Below, piece by piece: positions 42,101-51,628 of a stretch of DNA of 64,000 nt. Positions within the stretch are counted from its first letter, which is position 1. Each line of letters starts with the position of its first letter. Below the pieces are notes generated by a model that ran no database searches, was not told where the DNA came from, and saw nothing but the letters and a program-made list of their open reading frames with translations. The position numbers and the translations under genes are program-made. Source of the stretch: Achromobacter xylosoxidans (lineage in GTDB: Bacteria > Pseudomonadota > Gammaproteobacteria > Burkholderiales > Burkholderiaceae_B); assembly GCA_040396375.1 (NCBI GenBank), contig JBEBOQ010000011.1, positions 3,744 through 67,743 of the forward strand, written 5' to 3'.

Positions 42101-44375
42101 TTTCGGTGTAGCCGCTGTTCCAGCCGCGCTGGTCATCGAAGCGCCAGTAGTACTGACGTTCTTCGCGATACAGGCGCATCTGGGCCTGCGGCAGCGGCGC
42201 GATCTCGCCCTGCGCATTCACGCGCAGCACTTCGAAGGCGGCGGGCGCGCCTTCGCGGGCCACGTCGCTGTCGAACTGCGGGCGCACGGCGATCAGCTTG
42301 TCGGCGGGCCAGACGCTGCGCTCGATCGAACGCACCACCGGGCGGCCGCCCGATTCCAGCAGGCTGGCCGACACCCGCACCTTCATGGGCGAATGCGTGC
42401 CATCGGTGCGCGGCTCGATCTCGAGCTGGGCGGCGCCGGTGGAATCCAGCGCGGCTTCGGGCAGTTCCTCAAAATGACGACGCGAGTCATCGGCCACGTC
42501 GCCGAAGATGAAGCCGGGCCATTGCTGCGGCAGCGCAAAGCGGTCGCGCTTGACCTGGAAGCTGGACAGCAGGCGGTTGCCGGCGGCGGGGGCGCCATAC
42601 AGGTAGTCGCCCTGCACATCCACGGTCAGGCTGTCGCTCGGCGACAACACATCCTGGTCGGAGGTCAGCGCCATCTTCATGCGTTCAGGCAGGAATTCCT
42701 CGACCTGGAACTTCCAGGAAGCGTCCGGGGTGCGCGACGCGGGGTCGACACGCAATTCCAGCATCCAGGCGCCGGTCTGCGCATCGGGCGGCAGATCGAT
42801 CGCGCGCTCGACATAGCCCTGCAGGTCCTTGGCGGGCTGCCACAGGGTGGTCGACACCACGCGGCTGTCGGGACGCTTGATCGTGGCGGTCAGGGGCGAG
42901 GCCGGCATCACGCGGCCGTCCAGGTCGCGCGGCAGCACCGATACGTGGAAGGTTTCACCGGGGCGGTACAGATTGCGGCCGGCGTAGACAAACAGATTGT
43001 TGGGGCGGGAAATATGGCCGCCCGTATCGAACTCGGACAGGTCCAGCGCCGGCTCGGCAAGCGCCAGCACGGTCATTTCCTTGTCGCGCGAGGCACGGAT
43101 GACGCGCGCATTGGTGAAGCTGCCTTCGAAGCGCACGTGACCCTGGGCATCAGCCTGGGCCTTGGCCAGCGATTTGCCGGCGCCATCCACCAATTCGAAC
43201 ACCGCGCCAGAAATGGCCTGGCCGGTCTTGAGCGACACCGAGTAGGCTTCGATGCGGTCGCTGTAGCGACGCGCGTGCAGGCCGATATCGCTGACGTAGA
43301 AATAGGTGACCTGGTATTCGTAGCGGAAACGGCCGGGCTGGCTCATCACCGCGACATAGATACCGGGTTCTTGCAGTTCCTTGACGCCTTCGACGGGCAG
43401 GAAGGTGACATGGCGGCGGTTGGGCTTGTCGTCCGTCAGGAAGCGGCCTTGGTAGACGCTGGTGGTCAGCGTGTTCAGGCGATCCAGGTCCCAGTTGCTG
43501 ACCGAGCCCTTCAGGCTGCGGTTGTCGGAATAGCGCCAGCCGTCTTCTTCGTCGTAGCCGCCCACGCTGTCGTCGTCATCCGACGAGGCATTGGTGTTGC
43601 GGCCGATGCCCAGCACGGATTCGAACAGTTCCGGCACGCGCTCGGGGGCCACGCGCAGGAACTGCACGTCAACCTCGGACACGTTGACCGTCGCGACCGG
43701 CAGGCCGCCGTTCTGGCCGGCCGGCAGCACCACGCCGCGGCTGGCGAAATAGAACGAAGGCGGCATGGCGTCGGTCACCACGTCGCAGTGCGAGCCCGTG
43801 GCCAGCGCAACCTTGTCGCCCTGGCCCGGCAGGCCCGCGCGCACCGAAACCGAATACGAGCGTTGCGGCTGGACGTAGGGGAAATACACCATGCGCGGAT
43901 TGGAGCCGACCACCCAGTTGCCCTGGACGATCTTGCCCTTGGGCGCGGCGTCGCCCGGCTGGACGGAGCTCGGCTGCTGGCCGTTGGCGCTGCGCTCGGT
44001 GTCCTGGTCGGGTTTGCCCGAGGCGGCGCCCGTGTCGGTGACCTGCAGGAACTTGCTCAGGTCGGCCTTGGCCTCGACCGGCTGCGTGAAGGTGACCGCC
44101 AGCGCCAGCGAATCGTTGTACTGGCGCGGCTGGCAATTGAGCACCGCGAAGGCGTCGGCAGTGCCAACCGTGGCCGTGGCCGGCAGGGCCTCGGGCTTGG
44201 CGGCGCCGCCCGTCGCGGCGGGCGCGGCCGTGGTCGCCGCCGGCGTAGCCGTCTGCGGCGTTGCGGGCGCGGACGGTTGGCCGCCCTTGCCCATCCACCA
44301 TCCCACGCCGATGGCGCCGGCCACCACGATCGCGCCGGCTACCGCCAGCCAGGTCTTGCTGTTCTTTCCACTCAC
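39138..44375 (-). CDS. yfhM: Bacterial alpha-2-macroglobulin (YfhM/A2M family)
   Basis: LYRPGE, VEEFLPERM, PDFNGTLRLMAVA, thioester motif YPYGCTEQ and EDMYRPE; paired with pbpC. Confidence 0.95.
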   Translation of the reverse strand: MSGKNSKTWLAVAGAIVVAGAIGVGWWMGKGGQPSAPATPQTATPAATTAAPAATGGAAKPEALPATATVGTADAFAVLNCQPRQYNDSLALAVTFTQPVEAKADLSKFLQVTDTGAASGKPDQDTERSANGQQPSSVQPGDAAPKGKIVQGNWVVGSNPRMVYFPYVQPQRSYSVSVRAGLPGQGDKVALATGSHCDVVTDAMPPSFYFASRGVVLPAGQNGGLPVATVNVSEVDVQFLRVAPERVPELFESVLGIGRNTNASSDDDDSVGGYDEEDGWRYSDNRSLKGSVSNWDLDRLNTLTTSVYQGRFLTDDKPNRRHVTFLPVEGVKELQEPGIYVAVMSQPGRFRYEYQVTYFYVSDIGLHARRYSDRIEAYSVSLKTGQAISGAVFELVDGAGKSLAKAQADAQGHVRFEGSFTNARVIRASRDKEMTVLALAEPALDLSEFDTGGHISRPNNLFVYAGRNLYRPGETFHVSVLPRDLDGRVMPASPLTATIKRPDSRVVSTTLWQPAKDLQGYVERAIDLPPDAQTGAWMLELRVDPASRTPDASWKFQVEEFLPERMKMALTSDQDVLSPSDSLTVDVQGDYLYGAPAAGNRLLSSFQVKRDRFALPQQWPGFIFGDVADDSRRHFEELPEAALDSTGAAQLEIEPRTDGTHSPMKVRVSASLLESGGRPVVRSIERSVWPADKLIAVRPQFDSDVAREGAPAAFEVLRVNAQGEIAPLPQAQMRLYREERQYYWRFDDQRGWNSGYTETEELVDSREIALKDRSQLTVPVKWGRYRLEITDPETGETLRYRFYAGWNAQDADAMGNRPDRVQMKLEGVPAKPGDTVKLTLTPPHDGQALITVEGDRMLWSTWVAVKATGTQVEIPIDKTWKRHDLYVAAAVFRPGSEGDRVTPARALGLAFLPIASADRKLDVKLTAAPKVEPETKTTVRVKVDGAQGKQAMVTLSAVDVGILNINQYRTPDPLDFFFGKHRYAPELLDMYGKLIEKMDGTKGKLKWGGDAAMRGDSKSLPKKVKLVDLFSGPVKLNDKGEADIPLDLPDFNGTLRLMAVAFTPDNFGSTDTEMVVAAPIVAELNTPRFITPGDQAAIALDVTNLSGAEQKVTIKLEALDPLGIVDGSRTVTLKDKQRTTLRFNATTTGSYGLGLIRLTVDGQGGGKPVHIVRESVLQVQPAYAAERQVRRLRLNPGETNVPQSSWVASYYPDSTTVSLTVSNRPPFNVNRLVEGLLNYPYGCTEQTISATLPWVMLDEEAAKQFGLKPRTQAEREAKVAGAIGRLSGMRNAVGSYNLWSSSSSRDVWLTAYAVGFLQDARDKGFSVPEASLDRSRQWLLEQVQQSSGSFGTWSANLKRNVESGRLDSGDVNTLREDHRRFAGLATAVLALARDNKAPLSTVRQLFDNYQDRARSPLPLIQLAAAFKLMGDEGRMKTALDQAMAREYGINRRNQNAYYDEWMGDYGSAVRDYALAYALANQYQLRHDRVENLMTQLAARLGNRSYLSTQEQMALLLAARAAGGDKGTPWEATLTVNGVRKPLTGGKSDQTVSLTAAELASTQLVNTGSQSLFIEYDIQGSPTTVPAPRNDVIQLKRGWYRPDGRPWDGGTLQTGDMLVVWVQASANQNIPDGLLVDRVPAGFEVENLNLSQSPEMQDWSIGGRRVADAMADPNIKHREFRDDRYVAAVSLGRGKVDVFYLVRVVTPGRYSVPSTVAEDMYRPEIRGVGEQWSTVEIRDRGAKQRP

Positions 44376-44525
44376 GGCAAACCTCCCCGCCTACTCGAAT
44401 GCAATGCTCCTTTGCGGCGGAGCTGCCGACCTGATAATGCCGCGCGCTTCTCGGTGCGCGGTTCCTGCTTTTGCAACCCTGTACAGCAGAACGCCGCCAG
44501 TCGTGGCGGCGCTGTTCCTGCGAGT

Positions 44526-44840
44526 TCAGACCGGTTCCATCACGCACTGCAAGGGATGCTGGCGGGCCCGCGCATACTGCGCCACCTGGGCGATCCGGGT
44601 GGCGGCGAGGTCGCGCGGATAGACGCCGCAAACGCCGCGGCCTTCGTGATGCACCTGCAACATGATCCGGGTGGCCTCTTCGTGGTTCTTGTTGAAGAAT
44701 TTTTGCAGCACCTTCACGACAAACTCCATCGGGGTGTAGTCGTCATTCAGCAACAAGACCTGGTACATCGGAGGCGGCGCAACGCGCGCCGGGGCCTTCT
44801 CGACGGCCAAATCATGCTGGGTATCCAAGGTAGAACTCAT
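44526..44840 (-). CDS. clpS: ATP-dependent Clp protease adaptor ClpS
   Basis: [20 protein letters not shown] and HPLQC. Confidence 0.97.
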   Translation of the reverse strand: MSSTLDTQHDLAVEKAPARVAPPPMYQVLLLNDDYTPMEFVVKVLQKFFNKNHEEATRIMLQVHHEGRGVCGVYPRDLAATRIAQVAQYARARQHPLQCVMEPV

Positions 44841-45066
44841 AGGGCGGCTATTCTATTTAATCAGGGGACGGCTTGCATGTAACTTACGCAAAATTACACG
44901 TAGAAATGCGTAGTTTCCATACTTGACTCCGCAAAGAAAAGCGGCGCATTATCCACGCATTCTGGGGTTTTCAACTCATCGAAAATCTGCCAGGAAGCCG
45001 GAGGGGGGACAGGGGTCTAGGCCGCGATGCCCTTCTGTCAACATACGATTCAATGAGGCAGTCCGC

Positions 45067-45312
45067 ATGTCTGATACGACCGCAACCGCCGTCCAAGGGG
45101 ACAATCCCAAATCGACGGGCACCGTCAAATGGTTCAACGATGCAAAGGGGTTCGGCTTCATTACGCCCGACGACGGCGGTGAAGATCTGTTCGCCCACTT
45201 CTCGTCCATCCAGATGAATGGTTTTAAAACCCTGAAAGAAGGCCAGAAAGTGGCTTTCGAGATTATCCAGGGGCCCAAAGGCAAACAGGCGCTCAATATC
45301 ACGGCTGCCTGA
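45067..45312 (+). CDS. cspD: Cold-shock domain protein (CspD-like, divergent from clpS)
   Basis: [15 protein letters not shown] and [16 protein letters not shown]; conserved clpS-cspD arrangement. Confidence 0.88.
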   Translation: MSDTTATAVQGDNPKSTGTVKWFNDAKGFGFITPDDGGEDLFAHFSSIQMNGFKTLKEGQKVAFEIIQGPKGKQALNITAA

Positions 45313-45352
45313 GTTACCCTTTACAGCGCAACGGTAAGGTTGCGCCATTATC

Positions 45353-45386
45353 AGGCGGGGCTTTCGGGCCCCGCCTTGTTATTTTC
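45353..45386 (+). terminator. Intrinsic terminator after cspD
   Basis: AGGCGGGGC...GCCCCGCCT followed by TGTTATTTT. Confidence 0.7.
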
Positions 45387-45413
45387 TTATTACTGCGATT
45401 ACCGCATCTGGTT

Positions 45414-45932
45414 ATGCTGAAGAATGCTGCTTTGTTTCATGTTGGTCGTGCGTTGTTCAAAACAGCGTTCATTAAAGCGGCATCACGCGGAGCGATTTGC
45501 GCGCTGCTGAGCGCCGCCGCGCTGGCCCTGCCCCTGGCGGCAAGTGCGCAAGCGCCGAGCGGACCGCAAGCGCCGCTGCCCACCACGCAACTGGCTGCCG
45601 GTATCCATATTATCCGCGCAGAAGTCGCCAATACGGAAGCCACCCGCCGCGACGGCCTCATGTTCCGCAAGGAATTGCCCGGCAATGACGGCATGCTGTT
45701 CGTCTTCGAGCAGCCCGACGTGCAGTGCTTCTGGATGCGCAACACCATCCTGCCCCTGTCGATCGCTTTTATCGCCGACGACGGCATGATCGTCAACATC
45801 GAAGACATGGCGCCCCAGACCGACGACGCCCACTGCTCCAAGAAGCCCGTGCGCTACGCGCTGGAAATGGCCCAGGGCTGGTTCGACGGGCATGGCATCA
45901 AGGCCGGCCGGAAAATCGACGGCCTGCCCTGA
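45414..45932 (+). CDS. DUF192 family exported protein (start uncertain)
   Basis: GLMFR, GMLFVF, FWMRNT..PLSIAFI and YALEM. Confidence 0.9.
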   Translation: MLKNAALFHVGRALFKTAFIKAASRGAICALLSAAALALPLAASAQAPSGPQAPLPTTQLAAGIHIIRAEVANTEATRRDGLMFRKELPGNDGMLFVFEQPDVQCFWMRNTILPLSIAFIADDGMIVNIEDMAPQTDDAHCSKKPVRYALEMAQGWFDGHGIKAGRKIDGLP

Positions 45933-45975
45933 CCCCACTGTGCCGGGGCGGCAATTCGCTGCCCGGATCATAAAG

Positions 45976-46005
45976 CAAGGGAGCCCGAGGGCTCCCTTGT
46001 TGTTT
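45976..46005. terminator. Bidirectional terminator
   Basis: CAAGGGAGCCC-GA-GGGCTCCCTTG between convergent genes. Confidence 0.7.
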
Positions 46006-46077
46006 GCCACCCGGCTCAGCGGGCGGACACCTTGCGGCCTGAAACGCGGTTTGAAGGCGCGGCAGGCCGGCGCGGGA

Positions 46078-47283
46078 TCAGACGCGCTCGATGATCAGGG
46101 CGATGCCCTGGCCCACGCCGATGCACATGGTGCACAGCGCGTAACGGCCGCCGGTGCGATGCAGCTGGTTGATCGCGGTGGTGGCCAGGCGGGCGCCGCT
46201 GGCGCCCAGCGGGTGGCCCAGGGCGATCGCGCCGCCGTTCGGGTTCACACGCGGATCGTTGTCGGCGATGCCCAGCTGGCGCAGCACGGCCAGGCCCTGG
46301 GCGGCGAACGCCTCGTTCAGTTCGATCACGTCCATCTGGTCCAGCGTCAGGCCGGTCTGGGCCAGCACCTTGCGGGTGGCGGGCGCCGGGCCGATGCCCA
46401 TGATGCGCGGCGCGACGCCGGCGGTGGCCATGCCGACCACGCGAGCGCGCGGGGTCAGGCCGTGGCGGGCGGCGCCCTTTTCGTCGGCCAGCAGCAGCGC
46501 GGCCGCGCCGTCGTTCACGCCCGAGGCGTTGCCGGCGGTGACGGTGCCGCCTTCGCGGACCACGCCCTTGAGCTTGGCCAGCGCTTCAAGGCTGGTTTCG
46601 CGGGGGTGTTCGTCCTTGGAGACGATGACCGGGTCGCCCTTTTTCTGGGCGATCGAGACCGGCACGATCTCGGCGTCGAAAACGCCTTCTTTCTGGGCGC
46701 GGGCGGTCTTTTGCTGGCTGGCCAGCGCGAACAGGTCTTGGTCTTCGCGATTGATCTTGAAGTCGTCGGCGACGTTTTCAGCCGTTTCGGGCATGGAGTC
46801 GACCCCGTACTGGGCCTTCATGAGCTTGTTGATGAAGCGCCAGCCGATGGTGGTGTCGTAGATGGCGGCGCTGCGCGAGAACGCGCTGTCAGCCTTGCCC
46901 ATGACGAACGGCGCGCGGCTCATGCTTTCCACGCCGCCAGCCAGCATCAGGCCGGCTTCACCCGCGCGGATGGCGCGCGCGGCACTGCCGATGGCGTCCA
47001 GGCCCGAACCGCACAGGCGGTTGACGGTGGCGCCGGGCACTTCGACCGGCAGGCCGGCCAGCAGCGTAGCCATGCGGGCGACGTTGCGGTTGTCTTCGCC
47101 GGCCTGGTTGGCGCAGCCGAGAATGGCGTCGTCGATTTCTTCCCAGCGCACGCCGGGGTTGCGCGCCACGAGGGCCTTGATGGCTACGGCTGCGAGGTCG
47201 TCGGGACGCACGGTAGCCAACGCGCCACCGTAGCGGCCGAAGGGGGTGCGGATCGCGTCACAAATATAGGCATGCACGGTCAT
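46078..47283 (-). CDS. pcaF: 3-oxoadipyl-CoA thiolase (PcaF/PaaJ)
   Basis: GCANQAGEDNRNVARM, NRLCGSGLDA, NEAFA, GHPLGASG and CIGVGQG. Confidence 0.92.
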   Translation of the reverse strand: MTVHAYICDAIRTPFGRYGGALATVRPDDLAAVAIKALVARNPGVRWEEIDDAILGCANQAGEDNRNVARMATLLAGLPVEVPGATVNRLCGSGLDAIGSAARAIRAGEAGLMLAGGVESMSRAPFVMGKADSAFSRSAAIYDTTIGWRFINKLMKAQYGVDSMPETAENVADDFKINREDQDLFALASQQKTARAQKEGVFDAEIVPVSIAQKKGDPVIVSKDEHPRETSLEALAKLKGVVREGGTVTAGNASGVNDGAAALLLADEKGAARHGLTPRARVVGMATAGVAPRIMGIGPAPATRKVLAQTGLTLDQMDVIELNEAFAAQGLAVLRQLGIADNDPRVNPNGGAIALGHPLGASGARLATTAINQLHRTGGRYALCTMCIGVGQGIALIIERV

Positions 47284-47366
47284 GAGAAGCTCGGATAGAA
47301 GTGAAGAAATCGGATGCGCTCGATCTTAACGCAGCGGTTTCGCGCCAAGTTGGTGCATGGGGCGGA

Positions 47367-47383
47367 TGTCCGCAGTACGGACA
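47367..47383. promoter_or_regulatory. IclR-type (PcaR/PobR-like) operator upstream of pcaF
   Basis: TGTCCG-CAGTA-CGGACA fits the GTNCG-N5-CGNAC pattern. Confidence 0.6.
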
Positions 47384-47426
47384 GTGTCCAATGGATGTTC
47401 ACTTGCGCAAGGGAAGGGCCTTGCGG

Positions 47427-48833
47427 TCATGGCGCCGCAGGTCGGGACTTGGCGGCGCGACCCGCGTCGACGAGGGCCTGGCGCCGGAAGCGCCCCGCGG
47501 CCAAATGGTAGAACGGCTGCGGGCAGAACTGGCGCGATACGCCCGACGCGAGCAGCGAACCCACCAGCAGCCAGAACAGCATCGGCTGGCTGCCCGTCAT
47601 TTCCATGACCACCACGCTGGCCGTCAGTGGCGCCTGCGTGGCGGCGGCCAGGAAAGCGGCCATGGATACCAGCACCAGCACGCGCTGGTCCACGCCCTCG
47701 CCCGCCAATTGCCAGATGTGATGGCCGATGCCGGCGCCGGTGGTCAGCGCCGGGGTGAAGATCCCGCCCGGAATGCCCGCCCAATAAGAAGCGACGGTGG
47801 CCGCCAGCTTGGCCAGGCCGAAGCCGGCCGGCAAGGTGTCTTGCGCCTGGCCCGACAGCAAGTTGGCCGCCGCGCCGTAGCCGGTGCCGTAGACGCTGCC
47901 GGCGGTGGCCAGGCCGATCAGCGCCAGCGCCAGGCCCATGACGAAGGCGGTCCAGATGGGATGCGCGCGGATCCAGCCACGCCACGCGGCGGGCGCCATG
48001 CCGGCGGCGCCCTTGCCCAGCAGCCGCGCGAAAATGCCGCCCAGCGCGCCGTTGAGCATGGCGCACGCCACCACCCACCCCAGCATGCCGTGCGCCAGCG
48101 GCGCGCCGCCGAAGACGCCAAAGTAGGGATTGTTGCCGGCCACCGCCACCACCAGGAAGCCCGCCGCCAGCACGCCAATCAACACCAGCCGCTGCCAGCG
48201 CAGCACGGTGCCGCGGCCCAGTTCTTCAATGGCGAAGATGACGCCGGCCAAGGGCGCATTGAAGGCCGCAGCCAGGCCGCCGGCCGCGCCCGCGGCGATC
48301 AGTTCGTTGGCGTGAAAGCCGCGCAGTTGCACGCCGCGGCGCTTCCAGAAGTCGCCCCAGGCCAGCATGACGGCGGCGCCGACCTGGACCGACGGGCCTT
48401 CGCGGCCAATGGAGGCGCCGGCCAGCATGCCAAGAAACGCCAAGGGGATTTTCCAGAGCGCCTGCGCCAACGAGACCAGGCTGCGTTGGCTGGGGCCCGG
48501 CGACAGCGATAGCGCGCCGATGACTTGAGGGATGCCGCTGCCGACGGCGTTGGGCGCGAACCGCAGGGTGGCCCAACGCAAGCCGGCCAGGCCGCAAGGC
48601 AACACCACCAACGCCAGCCAGCCGTAGGCGGCGGTCCATTCTCGATTCCATTCCAGCGCGCGGTCGGCGAGATACGCGAAACCCAGCGATACCAGCGCCA
48701 CCAGCACCGCACCGCCCAGCAACAGAGCCATCTGCACGCTCTTGCGCGACAGGCGGTTGGCCTGGCGCACCTTGCGGCGCAGGAAGTGACGAGAGCCGGT
48801 GGCGATACGGCGCAGCGGAGTGGGCAGGTTCAT
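47427..48833 (-). CDS. ClC chloride channel/antiporter family protein
   Basis: GSGIP, GREGP, AAFNAPLAG and GGIFTP motifs. Confidence 0.92.
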   Translation of the reverse strand: MNLPTPLRRIATGSRHFLRRKVRQANRLSRKSVQMALLLGGAVLVALVSLGFAYLADRALEWNREWTAAYGWLALVVLPCGLAGLRWATLRFAPNAVGSGIPQVIGALSLSPGPSQRSLVSLAQALWKIPLAFLGMLAGASIGREGPSVQVGAAVMLAWGDFWKRRGVQLRGFHANELIAAGAAGGLAAAFNAPLAGVIFAIEELGRGTVLRWQRLVLIGVLAAGFLVVAVAGNNPYFGVFGGAPLAHGMLGWVVACAMLNGALGGIFARLLGKGAAGMAPAAWRGWIRAHPIWTAFVMGLALALIGLATAGSVYGTGYGAAANLLSGQAQDTLPAGFGLAKLAATVASYWAGIPGGIFTPALTTGAGIGHHIWQLAGEGVDQRVLVLVSMAAFLAAATQAPLTASVVVMEMTGSQPMLFWLLVGSLLASGVSRQFCPQPFYHLAAGRFRRQALVDAGRAAKSRPAAP

Positions 48834-48942
48834 GAACAGCGCAAGGCGACGGGACGTCGCTAACCTTACCATTCCCGCCTGACTGCCAGCCCACAGCGCG
48901 GGGCCTTGCGCATGACCGCTGGCAAGGCCCCGCGCCAGTCGC

Positions 48943-50649
48943 TTAGAACGTGGACCAGTCGTCGTTCGACGGTTGCGCCAGCGCGGGACGCTTGGCAGCG
49001 ATCGACGGCGCGGGCTTGCGCGTTGCGGCAGGCACCGCCTGGATCAGGCGCGCCTGTGCGGCACTTGCCGAGCCGCCGCCGGCATCGACCTTGAAGCGGC
49101 GCACTTCCTGCGCCAACCGGCCAGCCTGCTCCTGCATGCTGCCGGCGGCTGCGGCAGCCTCTTCCACGAGCGCCGCGTTCTGCTGCGTGACGCTGTCCAT
49201 CTGCGCCACCGCCTGGTTCACCTGGCCAATGCCGGAGGACTGTTCGGCCGAGGCGCTGGAGATTTCACGCACCAGGGTCGCGACCTGGCCCACGCTGTCA
49301 ACCACTTCGCGCATGGTGCGGCCGGCTTCATCGACCTGGCGGGTGCCGCCTTCGACGCGGCTGACGGACTCGTCGATCAAGGCCTTGATTTCCTTGGCCG
49401 CCACGGCGGAACGCTGCGCCAGGGTGCGCACTTCGCCCGCCACCACGGCAAAGCCGCGGCCCTGTTCGCCGGCACGCGCCGCTTCCACCGCGGCATTGAG
49501 CGCCAGGATGTTGGTCTGGAACGCGATGCCGTCGATCACGCCCGTGATATCGGCGATGCGGCGCGAGCTATCCGAAATCGCGCTCATGGTCTGCACCACG
49601 CCCTCGACCACTTCGCCGCCGCGCACGGCCACGGTCGAGGCCCGGGTGACGAGGCGTTCGGCCTCGCTGGCGTTGTTGGCGTTCTGCTGCACCGTGCTGG
49701 TGAGCTGCTCCATGGACGCGGCGGTTTCTTCCAGCGATGCGGCCTGCTCTTCGGTGCGCTGCGACAGGTCGGAGTTGCCTTGCGCGATCTGCGAGGACGC
49801 GGACGCGATGCTTTCACAGCCGTCGCGCACGTCGCGCACGATGCGTGCCAGGCTTTCATTCATGGCCTTGAGCGCACCCATCAGGTCGCCGGTTTCGTCG
49901 CGCGTAGCGACCTGGATATCCGTGGTGAGATCACCCGCGGCCACCTGGCGCGCCGCGGTCACGGCCTGCTGCAACGGCCGCACGATGCCGCGCGTCACCA
50001 GCCAACCCAACAACATGCCCACGGCCACGCCCACCACGGCCAGCACGATCATGATCAGGCGCATGGTCTCGTACAGATCAGTACCTGCCTGCACCGATTG
50101 CGCCGCGATCTTTTCCTTGCCCACGGCCAGGTCGGTCATCAGGTCGTCCAGCTTTTGGGACGAGGCGATGACGCGCTTCTCGATGGCATCGACCTTGGCA
50201 TCGGCTTGCGCCAGCGAATGCGATTGCGCGGCGGCGAAGAACTCGGCCGCCTCGCGCTTCCAGACCTGCTCGGTCTCGGCGAACTGGGCCAGCAGGCGCT
50301 TGCCGTCTTCGGCGTGGAAATTGGCGGCGGCCTTCTCGCGCAGCGTATCCATGGTCTGGACGGCCTGGTCGAATTGCTTGCGCAGCGCTTGGCGCTCTTC
50401 CTGGGTCGATGCGGCCAGGTAGCCACTGCGGGCGCGGCCCGCGTAGATCAGATTGATGTTGGCTTCCTTGATGTCCGAGATGCCGCGCAACTCGGTGTCG
50501 TAGAGCCGATCGTTCATTTCGTTGATGCGGGCCAAGCCCCACACGCCAAAGGCGCCGATGGCGCCGCCGATCACCGCGACCAGCAGGAACGCGCCTGACA
50601 GGCGCGCGCCGATACGTAAACCCGAAAAAAACCGCAACATGCTTCCCAT
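48943..50649 (-). CDS. Methyl-accepting chemotaxis protein (four-helix sensor, HAMP, signalling domain)
   Basis: [32 protein letters not shown]; C-terminal pentapeptide DWSTF. Confidence 0.95.
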   Translation of the reverse strand: MGSMLRFFSGLRIGARLSGAFLLVAVIGGAIGAFGVWGLARINEMNDRLYDTELRGISDIKEANINLIYAGRARSGYLAASTQEERQALRKQFDQAVQTMDTLREKAAANFHAEDGKRLLAQFAETEQVWKREAAEFFAAAQSHSLAQADAKVDAIEKRVIASSQKLDDLMTDLAVGKEKIAAQSVQAGTDLYETMRLIMIVLAVVGVAVGMLLGWLVTRGIVRPLQQAVTAARQVAAGDLTTDIQVATRDETGDLMGALKAMNESLARIVRDVRDGCESIASASSQIAQGNSDLSQRTEEQAASLEETAASMEQLTSTVQQNANNASEAERLVTRASTVAVRGGEVVEGVVQTMSAISDSSRRIADITGVIDGIAFQTNILALNAAVEAARAGEQGRGFAVVAGEVRTLAQRSAVAAKEIKALIDESVSRVEGGTRQVDEAGRTMREVVDSVGQVATLVREISSASAEQSSGIGQVNQAVAQMDSVTQQNAALVEEAAAAAGSMQEQAGRLAQEVRRFKVDAGGGSASAAQARLIQAVPAATRKPAPSIAAKRPALAQPSNDDWSTF

Positions 50650-50856
50650 CCCGTTTAGTTGCCACGGTTTATAGCGGGCATGCCGCAGTCATTGGCCCCG
50701 TGGCTCAGTCGCAGACCGGGGGCAACGATAGCGTTTGCGATTTCTAGGGAGAACCCTAAAGAAAAGGCTGTTTATTCTTCATTTCACCGCAATGAACTCG
50801 ACAATCGACACCGTATCCACGCCATATTGCAAATCTGAATTTTGGCTGAACAAAAC

Positions 50857-50887
50857 AAAAGGCCCCTCGCGGGGCGAGAGGCCTTTT
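50857..50887 (-). terminator. Terminator downstream of sodB
   Basis: AAAAGGCCCCTCGC-GGG-GCGAGAGGCCTTTT. Confidence 0.75.
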
Positions 50888-50919
50888 ACGATGCGCGGCG
50901 AGAAGCCGCGCGACGCCGA

Positions 50920-51498
50920 TCAGGCGAAGTTCTTGGCCGCGAATTCCCAGTTCACCAGGGCCCAGAAGTTTTCCAGGTACTTGGGACGGGCGTTGCGGTA
51001 GTCGATGTAGTAGGCGTGTTCCCACACATCACAGGTGAGCAGCGGCTTGTCGGCCGTGGTCAGCGGGGTGGCGGCGTTGCTGGTGTTGACGATGTCGACC
51101 GAGCCGTCGGCCTTCTTGACCAGCCAGGTCCAGCCCGAACCGAAGTTGCCGGCGGCCGACTTGTTGAAGGCTTCCTTGAAGGCGTCGAAGCTGCCCCACT
51201 TGGCGTTGATGGCGTCGGCCAGCTTGCCGGTCGGCGCGCCGCCGGCCTTGGGAGCCAGGCTGTTCCAGTAGAAGGTGTGGTTCCAGATCTGAGCGGCGTT
51301 GTTGAAAATGCCACCCGAGGACTTCTTCACGATGTCTTCCAGCGACAACGTTTCGAATTCCGTGCCCGGGATCAGGTTGTTCAGGTTCGTGACGTAGGTC
51401 TGGTGATGCTTGCCGTAGTGGAACTCCAGCGTTTCCTTGGAGATGTGCGGAGCCAGTGCGTCCAGTTCGTAAGGCAGGGGGGGAAGAGTATGTGCCAT
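50920..51498 (-). CDS. sodB: Fe superoxide dismutase
   Basis: [19 protein letters not shown] and [13 protein letters not shown]. Confidence 0.96.
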   Translation of the reverse strand: MAHTLPPLPYELDALAPHISKETLEFHYGKHHQTYVTNLNNLIPGTEFETLSLEDIVKKSSGGIFNNAAQIWNHTFYWNSLAPKAGGAPTGKLADAINAKWGSFDAFKEAFNKSAAGNFGSGWTWLVKKADGSVDIVNTSNAATPLTTADKPLLTCDVWEHAYYIDYRNARPKYLENFWALVNWEFAAKNFA

Positions 51499-51628
51499 GT
51501 GTGATTTCCTTCTGTTGAGTGCACGATCAAGCCGTTCGATTGTATCGGCAACTCTGCGAGGATACCGCGTTAACCCCGCAGCAGCGCGGGGTTAACAGGC
51601 ATGTGTTTATGACGGCTGCGCGTAAACG

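Noticed and set aside
40965-44882. 1305-aa plus-strand ORF (also 34497-36929, 54880-56646 and 48973-50598)
   Set aside because: Antisense shadows of A2M, clpA, xseA and the MCP.
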